A stretch of 62,188 nt of DNA, counting the filler, from Sphacelaria rigidula (taxonomy: Eukaryota), in the NCBI GenBank assembly GCA_964200075.2. It is 9 parts of 9 records of this genome, joined end to end, with 100 filler letters (N's around TTAATTAATTAA, not from the genome) between each part and the next. Parts side by side here need not be neighbours in the genome. Positions count along the whole stretch, not along the records: positions 20,764 to 27,584 come from CAXNAA020017916.1; positions 27,685 to 34,505 come from CAXNAA020017917.1; positions 34,606 to 41,426 come from CAXNAA020017918.1; 6 more parts are not named here. One strand, written 5' to 3'. Positions 23,374 through 36,490 of the stretch are shown in pieces. The translations under genes were made by a program, and so were the position numbers. The notes beneath the pieces were generated by a model. It saw nothing but the letters and a program-made list of their open reading frames with translations. It was not told where the DNA came from and searched no databases. Every line of letters starts with the position of its first letter. Position 1 is the first letter of the stretch.

Positions 23374-24829
23374 GAGGATTCGGAAATCTTTTTTTCTCGT
23401 GAAGAAACACGTCCGCGTAGAAGAAGGCGGTTGCCACGCATGTATAGAGAATCATTGTTATTTGTTCACAAGCCACCACCAGCATCATATTGGCGTCTCA
23501 GGAGGGTGGGCAATATAACGGTGGTGGCACCAGCAGTGCATTATTTGGTCATCCATGCACGACGAGCACGTCAGAACACACACACACAGCGGAATGATGC
23601 ACCAAGTCTCTTTAATGAACAAACAAAATCCTGCTGCAAGCCTATCCACGAGGCGCTCAGTTCTGCGTTCCTGTCGCTAGCCGTCCATGTACGTTTAGTG
23701 CCTGTCCATTCGACGCCTACAAAAACCATCGCTCACAGAAATTTCGCAGGACCTGACCTTAAGCAAGCAAAAATTAGGAACAGACAACACGGGATCGATC
23801 CACGCGGAACATCAAGTCCTAGGTTTGGGTACTGAACCAGTACGTACAGCCAGTTCCTGAGGACTGGCAAACGGGCAGTCAGTTCTGCCAGTACATACAC
23901 AACTCACGTACGTCCCACACTACGCCTCAAGAACCTGTGGAAACCCATCCAAATTACGCCGCCACGCCGTCTCAAAGGGGGGAACACACACCACACAAAG
24001 CACACGCAGCACACAGCAGGAGATCATTAGAGCGATGCAAAGGTTCTTCACGTCTGGCAGTCCACCGGCAGCAGACCCCGGCGGTGGTGGTACCGCGGGG
24101 CCTCCTGCGTCAGCAGCTGCATGTTTGTGTGAGAGGCTGTCCTATGATCAATAATCAAGGGTGCTCACGCCTTGTGCCTTCAAGGGCTACTACAGACCTG
24201 CTATCTGCATTTTTTCTTCGCAAGTCTGAAGTACTCTGTACTTGTTTATACTGTAGACACATCATACACTCCAGTTGCAACAAATCATGTGTAAGCCTCA
24301 CCACGATGCTGGAGATGATGAATATCGCAACATTTGTGGCACACTTATTATTTTCTATCTTTACATTTTCCTTGAGTTGAAAACAAAGAATTTGGGCGCT
24401 GTACCAGACGTTGTATCCCGAAATAGTGCCTCTTAGGTTGGTCAAAACCCACTCAGTTTTTAGGCTCTAGTGAAGCCAAATCGCGTAAAAAACCGCCTCC
24501 AGTGGGGCGCCTCTCCCTCACCAGCCGGGGGGGGGGGGCGGTGGTCGCGGCTGCACCGCAACTACGCGGCTTCGCCGCGCCACTTGTGTACAGATCGGAT
24601 CCAGTATACCGGATCGTGGCTGGCCGCACCAGTGCCCAACCCTGTCAAATCCTGTTTTTTTTCTCTTGCTCTCCTTTTTCATTGCATTTATCACGCTTTT
24701 ATAACTGTGCCCATGAGGAATCTGTACACGTGACAGCTCACATATTCAATGACCAGCTAGGGCGGGTCCAAGTCTCGACAGATCCTGTTTTTTGAGGTTG
24801 GACCTGTTCTCCGCTATTGACAGTGTGAC

Positions 24830-25005
24830 TAGCAAAAACAACTTGGACGGAAGTCGATGCGATGCGGGAGTCATGATTCAATCCGCGGTTTCGACGTGTG
24901 GGGGCATGCACCGGGGGAGAGATGGGTTGAGCCCTTAAGACGGTGGACTTCTCTCGAGGAAGGGGAAGGGTTGGAAGTGATGTGGGGAGAAATCACATAC
25001 GCACA
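24830..25005 (+). repeat. Unclassified interspersed repeat; copies at ~33963-34170 (+) and ~14720-14782 (-)
   Basis: Shared TGCGGGAGT...CAATCCGCGG...TG(T/C)ACCGGGGGAGAGAT(G/T)GGTT...GGACT...GGGTTGGA. Confidence 0.65.
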
Positions 25006-25053
25006 CTGCACACGTTCCCACACCGTTTTCTGTACGTGTTTGCCCTTTTGTGC

Positions 25054-25408
25054 GCCGGTCGCCCCGGTGGCTCAGTTGGAAACCTCGAAACTTTCTGACA
25101 GTTGGGTCGCGGGTTTGAATCTCGGAGCGATCTGGGATTTTTTTCTCATGCCCAACAGTGGAGAGCGACTATGTCGTGGGTACGCAAAATTCGACTTGAC
25201 GGTCGACGAGGGAAAGGGACTGCTAAACCCCTCTCGCAATAAAAATCAAAGGCAATCACCGCAGAAGGAAGGTGGTGTACCAGAACAAACCAAAAAAGAG
25301 AAACTCATGTGTTGACCTTTCTCATGTGTGACCCTGGCTGGTGCGCCCACATATACCGAAAGGTGTAGACTGGCGTCCAGAATAGATGGGACGGCAATAC
25401 ACACAAAA
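25054..25408 (+). mobile_element. tRNA-derived SINE (~355 bp)
   Basis: Pol III A box TGGCTCAGTTGG (25068-25079), B-box-like GGTTTGAATC (25112-25121), conserved body and CA-rich tail; full copy at 55471-55823 (-). Confidence 0.88.
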
Positions 25409-25451
25409 CGTATTGACGTACGGTACCAACAATTTCTCCGATCTGACGGGT

Positions 25452-25545
25452 TTGCTTCGCCTTTGCTTCGCCTTTGCGTTTCGTTGCGTTGCGTTGCGTT
25501 GTGTTGCATTGCTTTGCTCCGCTTTGCTTCGTTTTGTTCTGCTCT
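25452..25545. repeat. Degenerate (TTGCG/TTGCT)n microsatellite
   Basis: Pentamer periodicity visible directly in the sequence. Confidence 0.7.
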
Positions 25546-28177
25546 TTGATGTTGAGTTCACTTTCCTGGAGGACTAACAGTGTCGAAAGCGGGATAATGA
25601 ATCTTCTGTTGCAGACATTTTTTGCGATAACTTCTACTATCTCGGATAGTATCCACGGTGAACACATGTACTTGATTTGCTCTTCTTTTTTCGCCACACT
25701 TTTATTTTATGAAACGTCCTGTACCGTACCGCGACGCGTGTTTTGGCCGTTCTTGCTGTTTGGACAACACTCCTTGATTGTTGCAGCAAGCTGGTGTTGG
25801 AAGACGAGGATTGGGTACCAGAGGGTGACGGATATTCGCTCTACATTCGCCCAACTGCCGTCAGCACATTCGTGAGTTTACACACACTACACAGCTCTTA
25901 CGGTAGCTAGCGGTAGTGTGGGAGCGTACCCTACCTGCAGTGCATCAAATAACAAGACTTTTTTTGTGTTCCCAAGTATTCATGTAGTATGCACATGGTG
26001 AACCGTGGCGATCTTCGGCTGCAGATAAAAGACGATCATGAAAAAAAAAATTGAAAAAATGGGTAGGGACATCTCTTCGACCCTCGTTTCTGCACATTCG
26101 CTCTCACTGTACTTGTACCCCCTGCCCCCCCCCCCTAAAGAAAAAACGTGAGGTGAATGACCGCACTTTACGAGAAACAAATCTAGACTTTTTTTTGCAA
26201 CTAATGCACGTTTGTTTCGGTGGCGTGATTGCCGCGATTTACGCGACGATCGAAGTTAGAGGTATTCGTAAATATTCCAAATCTCGGCGCATGAATCGGT
26301 ACTGTTGACGAAAATATCGAGGTTCAGGGGGCATTCATAAATTTTATCCAAATTTCAAATTTCGGTGGCGTGATCCCTACAATTTTTCGAGTAAGTCGAT
26401 GGTTGACTTTCGTAACTCTTGCGACCGCGGCTCGATTCTTCGCGGATCGCTTACTAATAGTGACGGCAATGAATGAATAGAAACAATCAAATTGAATTTC
26501 ACGTATCTCGGGCGGTGCGATTGCCGCAGTCGACGAGACATTCGACGTGAAATATCGCGGTGAATTGCGCAAATTTCGGCGGCGTGATAGCCGCAATGTT
26601 CGAGGAAATCGAGTGGGATTTTTTGGTAAAATTTGAACATATCTTGGCAACGCGATCGCTGACGTTTGACGAGAAAAATCGAGATTGCTCTTTTGTTGTC
26701 GCGTCCGAAAGGGGGATAATGAGCAAGAAAAATAATTCGAATACATGTAGTAGTTGAACTTGGAACGGAATATTTTCGATTGGAAGCGATTTTTTCAGGC
26801 ATTTCGGTTACTACGACTCGTCATGCTTTCTATTTGGTCCCAAACTTTGGGAATCGAGATACATGAGTACCCCATACGAGTTTCGAGAAAATAATTATAG
26901 TCTACGAGTAATTTTGAACGAGATACGGCTTCACCGGTCTTTGGGGGTCCTACGAGTGTACAGCCCCCGGTTCTCGCTCTTTGATATTTTCGCTCGACCG
27001 AACCGATCCGGATCATCATCATGAACAATTATGTGCCTTCTGTTATATTACATTCTTCATATTCATTGTGCTGAAGCCGAAAAAGCGTGTTTTTGGTCTA
27101 TTTGCCGTCAATAACGCCCCCTCGATAAACGGGGTTTTACTCCATATCGTTCCGACAATCCAAATTTTCGGAATGTGTCCCGAGCACGACGCTGCTTTTG
27201 TCCGACGCCCACCAACCCTCGAACTCCCGACTGAAGGTGACGAATTGTGTGCGAAAAAATCCCGACTGAGTGGACACTACATTCAAAGTTGTGCAACTGT
27301 AACGCGTTCAGTGTCCGACTACAGAGATTTCATGCTCTTGATGATTGCAAGAACGTCACAGCATCTGAGCGTTTGGCATACTTGAACTTCCTGGGAGACG
27401 ACTACGGCTAGTTCGCATCAAAATTAAATGAAAAAATGTGTTTCGTGTGTGTGTGTGTGTGTGTATTTTGGTGTACTCCGTAAGATAAATTTGGGCATAT
27501 TTCATGCGTTCGTTTCGATTGTATGATACCCTGTTTTGTTGTGCGCCCCCCCCCCTCCGCCTCCTCTTTGCATTTGTTTATGCTNNNNNNNNNNNNNNNN
27601 NNNNNNNNNNNNNNNNNNNNNNNNNNNNTTAATTAATTAANNNNNNNNNNNNNNNNNNNNNNNNNNNNNNNNNNNNNNNNNNNNACCCACCCCCCCACTC
27701 CCCACCCCCCACTCCCTCCAGGGGATGCCAAACAAGAGAACACCCGCCCCAATCTGCGTATACCGCAGTCGCCCACGAGCGCGATACCAAAACCTCCTCC
27801 GCTGTTTTCGCGAGTTTTCCCCACGACATCTTCCCCCCCGAGCTCCACTTACGACAACATCACAACGCTGGATTTATCCCACTGTGTTGTCGCTGATGTT
27901 GTTGCCGATATTGTCTTGACAATATAAACTATTGCGGCGTCTAGGCAGTACTTGCGCGCCCGATGGAATAGTAAAAGTAGTGTTGGAAAGTCTTGCACAT
28001 GAGACGTCGTCAGCATAAACACGGTTTTTCTGCATACATCGAACATCGACCAATGACCAATCCCCGAAAATAACACTCCGTCTCCGATGACGAGCGACCA
28101 CTGATCAACGTGCTGAAGCAGGAACCGCCTGCCGCCCCCCCCCCGGGGCAAAGTGTGGCTGACCCCACACTATAACT

Positions 28178-28513
28178 TTACCCATCCAACACGTTGTGCA
28201 CATGTGCAGAAGGAGCCCTGATAACCATGCCTCTCCTCTGTAACACGACGATATCATCCTCGTCTGAATCAGAATCAGGCTCGAATCCGACAACCGTCAT
28301 GAGCTTGCCGTTCAATTCCGGATCCTCCACTCCACGCAAGCGCACGATCGAATCGATAGAGTATTCGCCGTCCACCCCACTCACCCCTTCTGCTACTGTC
28401 TTGACCCGCCTAGCTCCACCCTTGCTGTTTCCTTCGTCACTGTCGCTGCTGCTTCTGTATCTAGGAGGCGGCGGTTGACGTCGTGATGGTACCTCTCCAT
28501 GTACGGCGCAGTG
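28178..28513 (-). CDS. Candidate exon with a VRLRGVEDPELNGKLMTVVGF motif; possibly a downstream exon of the ZZ-like gene
   Basis: Open frame with coding-like composition; resembles the V.l.GL...pelNG..g.V..f beta-rich motif common in algal proteins; 5' boundary uncertain. Confidence 0.4.
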   Translation of the reverse strand, partial: HCAVHGEVPSRRQPPPPRYRSSSDSDEGNSKGGARRVKTVAEGVSGVDGEYSIDSIVRLRGVEDPELNGKLMTVVGFEPDSDSDEDDIVVLQRRGMVIRAPSAHVHNVLDG

Positions 28514-30365
28514 CTTCATGGATATTTGCAAATAAAAGATACAGAGTTGGGGATGGGATTGCGTGCCCAGCTTAGAAAATGGCAATTAGTCCTATGATCC
28601 CACGATCGAGAATAAGATGCACATTGCAACACCCCTTTTGCACAGACCTCTTTTCGGAACAATATCTCCGGCGGACCTCCGATGCTGGTAGCCCTCACGG
28701 GGCGACACTATTTGACGCTTTTTGAATGCAAAGCCAAGAACAGTACAGCTTTCTTCAAGGCATCCTATTATTTCAAGCTGGTCGAGTATTTATGTACGCT
28801 GCACGACTTCCACGTGTTGTATTTCGACTCAGAGACTCTTCATAGAATTCCCGGGTCCCTGCAACTCTCAACGTTTAATTCTGAGTCGGACATTGTCAGA
28901 AGGCAAACATATGGATGTAATTGTGTGTAAAAGTGCAATCTATGTTTTCTCGTCGGCCGTTCCGATATTCTCGCTCGATGTGGTCCGCACCAGTGCTCCG
29001 TTAGGTGTTCCTAGGTAAACAGTTGGGAACATTTTTAGTCAAGATCCAGTACTCACTAATGTGGTGGAGTTTGATGAGTGTTGATGAGCTGCAAGATGGG
29101 AGCGCATCTAGGGCTGTGCGGCAACGCTCGTCTCATCTGATGATGAGAACATCCAGGACAGAGATCCCGTGAAATACTGTGGATACCCCCAACAGATAAA
29201 TAATACCGATGGGTCAGTCATGATGCCCATTAAATGCGCGAATTGGGCACCTCAGTAAAATACGGATCAAAACAAGGAATGCACAGAGAACGGGTAACAA
29301 GGGAAGGAACTGACTTCAGGCCAGTCTATGTGCTACCCGTTAAGGCCACCAGCTATGACATGATATGACAAACGCGCAATTTCTGCTCTTGGTACTGTTC
29401 AGACGACAAATGATTTCCTTTGTCGACACGACAAACATCGACCGAAGTTTCCGACAACGACGGGCACTCTTGCCTGTTCCTCGATGATGACCAGTGATTT
29501 CCATGACCCCAGTGACATCATAGCGCAGTCACGGCTGCTTTTGTCAACAAATGTTTATCCTGGATCACGATACGCAGCGCGTCTCAGCAGTCTTAGTGTT
29601 CACCTCTCGAGAGGGGGAAATGTTGTCAATGATATCGGTTGCTCATGCATTTGTTTTTCAATCGATGCTGATCTCACTATCGGTCCTCCCGCTCTCAACT
29701 TGAAGCACTGCCATTGTGTTGCTGGACGAGATATTGACAAGTATCACTCATCAGTGGACAGCGCCGTAGCAAACAGGGATGTAGGGTAGGGGAACTGTCC
29801 CGCTGTCATCAGTTTGATTGTGTGGTTTGGTAGGGTGGGGAGCAGTGGCGAATTTGGTACACTGCTTGGGTTCGTGGGTTAGTCACCACTTGCAACGTGC
29901 TTTGCGTTAAGAAAAGAAAACCGAACATCAGAGTACACTGAACGAGCACAGCATGTTCGTAAAGTGCTGCCGTCGATCTTCGCAGCCTAAAGCGAAATGT
30001 TTTGAAGCAGGGGTGACGCCGACGACGACTGCCGTAGCCCCTGAATTGCTGGATAGATTACCAGAAAACAGTACTTGCATGCGTGTGGCTTCAGCAAGGC
30101 GCTAGACTGTAGCTATCAGGTCTGCGATCGGTCTCATTGTGCGTGTGGTTGCGCTTCGCAGGCACAACGTGGAGACACCAGTGTTCCTTTCGGGTTTATG
30201 ACATTCGCCCCACAACTCCAACACACAAATTCTTGACGCCTCATCCGTTGATCCTGAATAAGTAGTACCCTTTCCGTTACTCTGACCTAGCAGTCCATAG
30301 CCAGCCAACGTGCTGCACAACTTGTATCGTATTCAAAGCTGAGCAGCTCGTTTGTTCTGTCATAC

Positions 30366-30366
<1 letters not shown>

Positions 30367-30396
<30 letters not shown>

Positions 30397-30450
30397 CGCA
30401 CTTTAACTGACCCCCCAGGGGTCCACCCGTGGTCTCATGATAGACGTACC
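30367..30450 (-). mobile_element. 84-bp 5'-truncated retroposon with (AATC)n tail and TSD CATACT; second copy 34432-34505
   Basis: (GATT)7 followed by GTCGCACTTTAACTGACCCCCCAGGGGTCCACCCGTGGTCTCATGATAGACG; CATACT at 30361-30366 and 30451-30456. Confidence 0.8.
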
Positions 30451-31395
30451 CATACTATAGAGTTTAATATTACATATGTCGTCCCCCGTCCATAACGTGC
30501 ACGTTCGAAATCTGATTCCTGGTCACTATCGTGGGTTTTAAGTGCCTGTTCTGAAAAAAAAAGTATGTCGCCCTGCGTCCATAAAGTGTTCGAAATTTGA
30601 TTCTTGATCACTATCGTGGGTGAACAAAGTACCAACATTAATCAAATTTCTCGCGAGACATTTCCAGCTGCCGTGAAACATCTTGGGGTATATGCACCGA
30701 CTGAAGAAAAAATGACGTCTGTCCTCTTCATACATACGTGCGACCCAAGTTTGTAGTATGCGTATCACAGATAAAATGTCACAACACGCCCATCAAGATC
30801 GGGAAACACGAATGTCACGGTGGCAGCCCTTGCGACAGTGTCCGGAGCCATCTAACCCTAAATAGCCCAATCTTCCTGCACATGTATGTCGAATCTTGGG
30901 GTACTCAACGGTATCACAACTTCGCGTGCCGCTTATCAAGAGTCCAATACTTTACGAAAAGCGGGCACACGCAGAGGCAAAACTCGCGCGACCCTCCTGT
31001 TGCGTACAGCAGGCACTAAAAAATACCAAGAGCCAAGGCAAGGCCGGAGTACCCATCGGCACCGGTACCATCGGAACAGCCGTCAGCATAAGATGCACCT
31101 CCCTCGCCGGTCTACGTAGCCTTTTACCGTAGGGTACATACAAACGTGTCCTTCATCGGAAATTAACTTGGAAGAAAATACTGCACGTTGAGCCAGGTGC
31201 TGTGTCCGTTTTTAATTTCTTGTGACATATATACTCTTGCACTATTTTCATACATGCAGATTGCTATCATGACTCTTCTCGTATCTTGAATTCATCGCGA
31301 GATAGTTGCACCAACTGAATTGGAACACGAATCATTTCGGGCGTGCATGCGTATCACGCGCCGGTTGTGGATGGAACAAACTTGGGCTTGCTCAC

Positions 31396-32678
31396 TTGAT
31401 CGTAGGGCGGGGGTGGCGGCGGCCTGCTACTAAGGCAGTTGTTGCAGACGTCGACGTCGCACGCATGGCATCTCATCATTCGATCACCCAACCTCGGCGA
31501 CGCCAGGCACCAGTCGCACCTAAAAAATGAGTCGCCCGACGATAGAAAGAGAGGGGGCAGGTATGGTATCATGAAGAAAAGAAGAAAAATGATTAAAAGA
31601 AGAAAAAAGAAAGGAAAAAGAAAAAAGAAAAAAGAAAAAAGAAAAAAACGAGGAGCCCCGATTGATATTCTCCAACCTTCGATCTCCCTGACCTATTCCC
31701 TGTATCTCGAATTTTACCGTGGCACCACCCTCTTCTAGCACCGGAATCAATAACGTTTTTTTCGGCACTGGCAGCCGGGGACAGCAGCAGAGACCAACAG
31801 CAGTCCTTCGAATCATGCGACTCGAACTCGGGACGGCTTACTGGGCTTGCTCTCGCGTAATAAATGACGTTTGCCTGTCCTGTGTGAAAGAAAAAAAAGA
31901 ACAAAAGGTTCGTTCGCCCTTCCCTCAGGGGCCGCGTCACTCTCCTTTACTCAGGCGCATCGTCACCCTCGTCATTGTCGTCGACGTTCCTGCTGCTGAT
32001 AGGGCCGTCATCCCACCCGACACTGTAGTAGCGCACCGGAGGCTTCATGCTATGTACGGTGGGCATGGAATTGCTTAAGCTACCCACCGCCCGTATGTAT
32101 CGTTTGAAATGCACCCGTGGCGTGAACCAACAACTTTCGGCGGTAAACGAGAAACATTTTCGGTTAAGCTGGATTGTCGGACACGCTTGCACGGTACCCG
32201 AAAATGGTATTCTGTGGGTGGCCTTACGCGACAACTAAGTTGTAGTACTCGTGGGAGTTCCATCCACAGTTCGTGTTCATCTGGCGCTGCCCAGGTCCCA
32301 CGCAGGGAATGTTTTCCACCTTTCGACCCCGGGTCTAAATAGAAACAATAAATATGCTAATTTCACAGTAATAACGAAGAAAAGAAGGCACACGCGGATC
32401 TTCCTGGCTGTTGGGTCGCTTTGACGAAAAAGAGATGAATTTAGCTCCTTTAAAACCCCGTCACGAGGAACGCAGCGGGCTTGGGGCGGGGAGCAAAACG
32501 TATACCGAACACATCAAGAATATAACGCTCGACTCACCGGTGGGAGAGATCGGCGTAGCTCATGATGTGCAAGGCCCGCATCTCATGGTTGCCGTCGCAG
32601 GAATATGTTCGGCCTCTCAACAGCACTCTTCGGTGGTCTCTCCACATGCAGGGCACGCACACGTCCACGGAGCAGATT
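31396..32678 (-). CDS. Cys-rich ZZ-type zinc-finger-like protein (partial); exons 32678-32538, 32049-31951, 31519-31396
   Basis: AG acceptors and GTGAGT/GTAAAG/GTGAGC donors with matching phase-2 joins. Spliced peptide ICSVDVCVPC...CDGNHEM...ECDWCLASPRLGDRMMRCHACDVDVCNNCL contains a CxxC...CxxCDxDxCxxC unit and the tail of a preceding one. Confidence 0.8.
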
Positions 32679-35542
32679 CTGTCCCGCAGGGTTTGTTCAT
32701 CCATCAAGTGCCAACAAGAAAATGAACAAACAAAACGAACGAAAGAAATGAAGAAGGGGGGGCTTGTTGTCAACAACGCTTAGCGCGTGGCATACCATAG
32801 ACAAGACAGGAGGAAAAAACACGGCGTACATCATGAGGCACTCCATTCGTGACGGGTCTCTTTTGCGCACAACGCTCACGTGTCCATGGCATAAACGTTG
32901 AATCGCTTACATGGACCGTTCGTCCGGTAAAGGGTAGAGAGAGTAGTATCGAGAATAATAGATAATAAAGGGAAAAAACAAACGTGTGTTGAGCACAGTC
33001 AGACAAATGCACTTATACGACATCGTGTGGATTCAACATACATTTTAATTTTCACACATTCGTCCACCACCCAACCCGCAGAAAAATGCATAATGCATCT
33101 CTCATTAATAAACAGACACGATTCAGCCCCACTGGAAGCTCGACCTATTGAGATCTCGCGCAGAGGGCCAACAGGCATTCGTACGCGTCATGCGCGCCGG
33201 ATTCTCTGGCCCTCCGCGTTCGTCTGTTTCATGTAATTTTTGCATCATCGATCAGGAATATCGTTTCCTCAAATCTTTGCATCTCCCACAAGCATACCCT
33301 CGAACTTTCGAAAAAATCGCAACAACATAGGACCGCTATTGATGGTGACCGGCAGAATCATTATCGACCGTCCGAACGGCGAAGCTTCGGAAGCAGACAT
33401 TATACTCGGCACATGTGCCCTGGGTAACTAATATACGATGCTGTGACAGCCAGCGTTTTGTTGCCAGCGTCGCGAAATTATTCGGCCCCTGTCTTTTCTT
33501 GTTCGGACATAAGATGTATGGAAACACGAACGGTATTTGATTCGTTTGCGGCGTTTACTCGCGCAAAGTGCTAGCTTGCGATGCATATACGCCATGCTCC
33601 AGTAGTCACTTGCGGGACAGCCGACCCCAGTGCGGCGGGAAAAACGCGGGTTCGATTCTTGCCAGATGTATCTACACTACAGTAGTTCTTACCCTGGCCA
33701 ATAGATTCCATTGTCAAAACGTGTACTGCGTTTAGTATCGACGATTGCTTCTATTACAATAGACAATAGATTCTGTACGCAATACATATTTGATAAAAAT
33801 AAAAATAAAAATAAAAATAAAATAAAACAAAAAATAATAATAATAGTAATAAATAAACAAAAATATTTTTTGTCATTATCCAGTGTGTGCAGTAGTTTGG
33901 CTTTTTCGTAACAAGTACCAGTGTCTGATTTCCGTCATCGAGAGCGACAGGACATACGTCAGTAGCAAAACTAACATATTTGGCTGAGTTCGATAGACGA
34001 GAGTTGACGCGGTGCGGGAGTGCCGATAGTCATAATCCAATCCGCGGGATCAAAATGCAAGGTGTGTACCGGGGGAGAGATTGGTTGATCTCTTCAGACC
34101 ACGGACTCATCCCGAGAAAGGGGAGGGGTTGGACGTAAGGCTCAATATATAGATGTATAAACACATGTATAACGGACACAGTGAATGTATTTGCACTTAT
34201 TGGGCTTTGATTTCAGCTCTTCTTACGCAACATATTTGGGAGAAAAACTTGGTGTTTTCATCAGTTCATTTCCCTCTTCTCTTGAGCATACTTACCTGAA
34301 GCAATGGAGATGAGGGGAGGGCAGAAGCCAGGATACAAACTTCACGCTCGTGATTTGTCCTGTGGATTTCGGACCCTTCTTCGGCACTGCCAGTTTCTTT
34401 GTCCGTGTTAACAGCCTTTATAGTCAGCTAGTTGATTGATTGATTGATTGATTGTCGCACTTTAACTGACGTCCCAGGGGTCCAGCCGTGGTCTCATGAT
34501 AGACGNNNNNNNNNNNNNNNNNNNNNNNNNNNNNNNNNNNNNNNNNNNNTTAATTAATTAANNNNNNNNNNNNNNNNNNNNNNNNNNNNNNNNNNNNNNN
34601 NNNNNCACACTTATGAGCCTCTTTTTTCGTGCAACCAAATACCTCCCCCCCCTATCGTAGGATGACTCCGAAATATCTTTAGATACGATAGGCACTGCCG
34701 CTCCGACCGTTCATCGGAGAACACACACTTCGAAGCCACACACTCAAGCACCCCCCAACTGCTCAAGTGCCCGGCTAACCACCCTACCGAGTTTCGCAAA
34801 AACTACGGTACCCGGTTCCCTTTTATTTGATGAGCGTAATTATTCCTTGAAGGGTCGCAACCGCGAAGAACCCATGATTTCCGTCGCTCAGCCGGTTGGA
34901 ATAGAACCCCAAGTGACAGCGACTCAGGTGGTGGGTCAAGAGCGTGACCTAGGCTCGACTGTCCAAGAACTCATTTCAATAGCTCCTGGGGCCGCCGATG
35001 CTTTCGTGCACTATGTGCGTCAACCTAGGCGGACTCCTCCAGATGATCATGTAAATAACCCCAATGTAGCAAGCGCACGTGAACTCCAAGGAAGAGATTG
35101 CGTTTGGGCTCAGACAGATGAAAACCGTAGAGTGAAAAAGGCCGGTACTCCCCAGATTTTGAACAGATCGTTACTGCTCCGTGACCACCCCTTGTGCACT
35201 GCGTTAGAACCCATTTCCTATGAAGCGTTGTCTGTAGGGACAGAGACTTCACCGACTCATGGACGTTTGCGTCCTAGTCATGAAGGCACCTCAATCGTGT
35301 GTTCGTCACCAGGCAAACAAAGTGTTACGCAAGACGACTCGTCTCCTAACTCGCCCACGTTGGCCCCTCTAATAGACGCCGAGTTGAACAAAACAGCTCT
35401 ACCAACCCCGCGTCCTGACGAATCGTCTCCAAAATATCCCATGTTGGCCCCAACTAGTGATGGTATTGAGTTGATTGGCGATCAAACTCAACACCGCGCC
35501 CCGATGAATCGTCCCCTGTTCCAACCAAGCTGGATCCTGTAA

Positions 35543-36490
35543 TTGATCCCGCTTTGCACAATGACGATTCGTCCCCTCTGTTGGCCAATAAGGGTGAAAC
35601 ACCACGCACAGATCAGTTGTCGGGCCCAACCACGACAACTGCCCTTCTCCGGCATCGCCCCTCCGTTGCAGCATATGAGATTCAACCCTCGACTGATGAG
35701 ACAAATATTCCAGGCACACACTGACACTCCATGCACGCACCATCCTTCTGACCGAAAGCTTGTCCCACAGGATCATCAACGGGCGTATTTTAGCACCTTC
35801 GTTCAAAATGCAAAGCAGGATGTGTCAGATGTCATACCCGAATTCGGGCTCGATCTCGTCAGTGGTACTGCAACTATGTATGATGCTTCTTTTACGACCA
35901 AGATAGGTTTACATGGTGGAGCGCGTGCAAACTGTCATTTGATAGCTCTTGCACTACCTGACTCTGGTTCACTTCAAATGTTCATTACAGTCAGCTTCTG
36001 GCAACAGATGATCAACGCGGGCGTGGCGGACGAGCATTGTCTGTCTACCGTGCACCCTCGTGTGTTTGGTGGCTTTGGTTCCTCCACATCTCTTACGGTC
36101 AATCAATCGGTGAGACTAAGTGTACAATTCTACCAGGATACTACTCCCACTGCTCGGTTGTCCGTCGAGGCACCAATTGGGCCCGACGGTTTCGTGTCTT
36201 TTGACGTTTTGTTGGGTCGACATAGTTGGCTTCGTTTTTCCACAGACACGTACACGACGGACACACCTGTCCCGAACCGTGCAGTCACAGGCAAACTGTC
36301 ACTGGGCCACTTCGACACTGATTCGGGAGCTCATGCTTACGAGGATGACCCCACGCAAACAGGTAATGCTTTCCGTCTCTACTATGTTGGTGAACCGGTA
36401 ATCTCGCTTTCTCGTAAACCCCAACTTATCCAAGTGAACCTCGTGAGACGCAATGGATCGCCCGCCCTCACAGGACATCATTTGGTCTAA
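35543..36490 (+). pseudogene. Gypsy aspartic protease region
   Basis: LALPDSGS (D-S-G) and FDVLLGRHSW motifs; same frame as the RT, separated by a single TAA. Confidence 0.75.

Noticed and set aside
34065..34413. Solo LTR (TG...CA)
   Set aside because: No TSD (AGGTG/GCCTT), and homology to the copy at ~24830 extends upstream of the TG.
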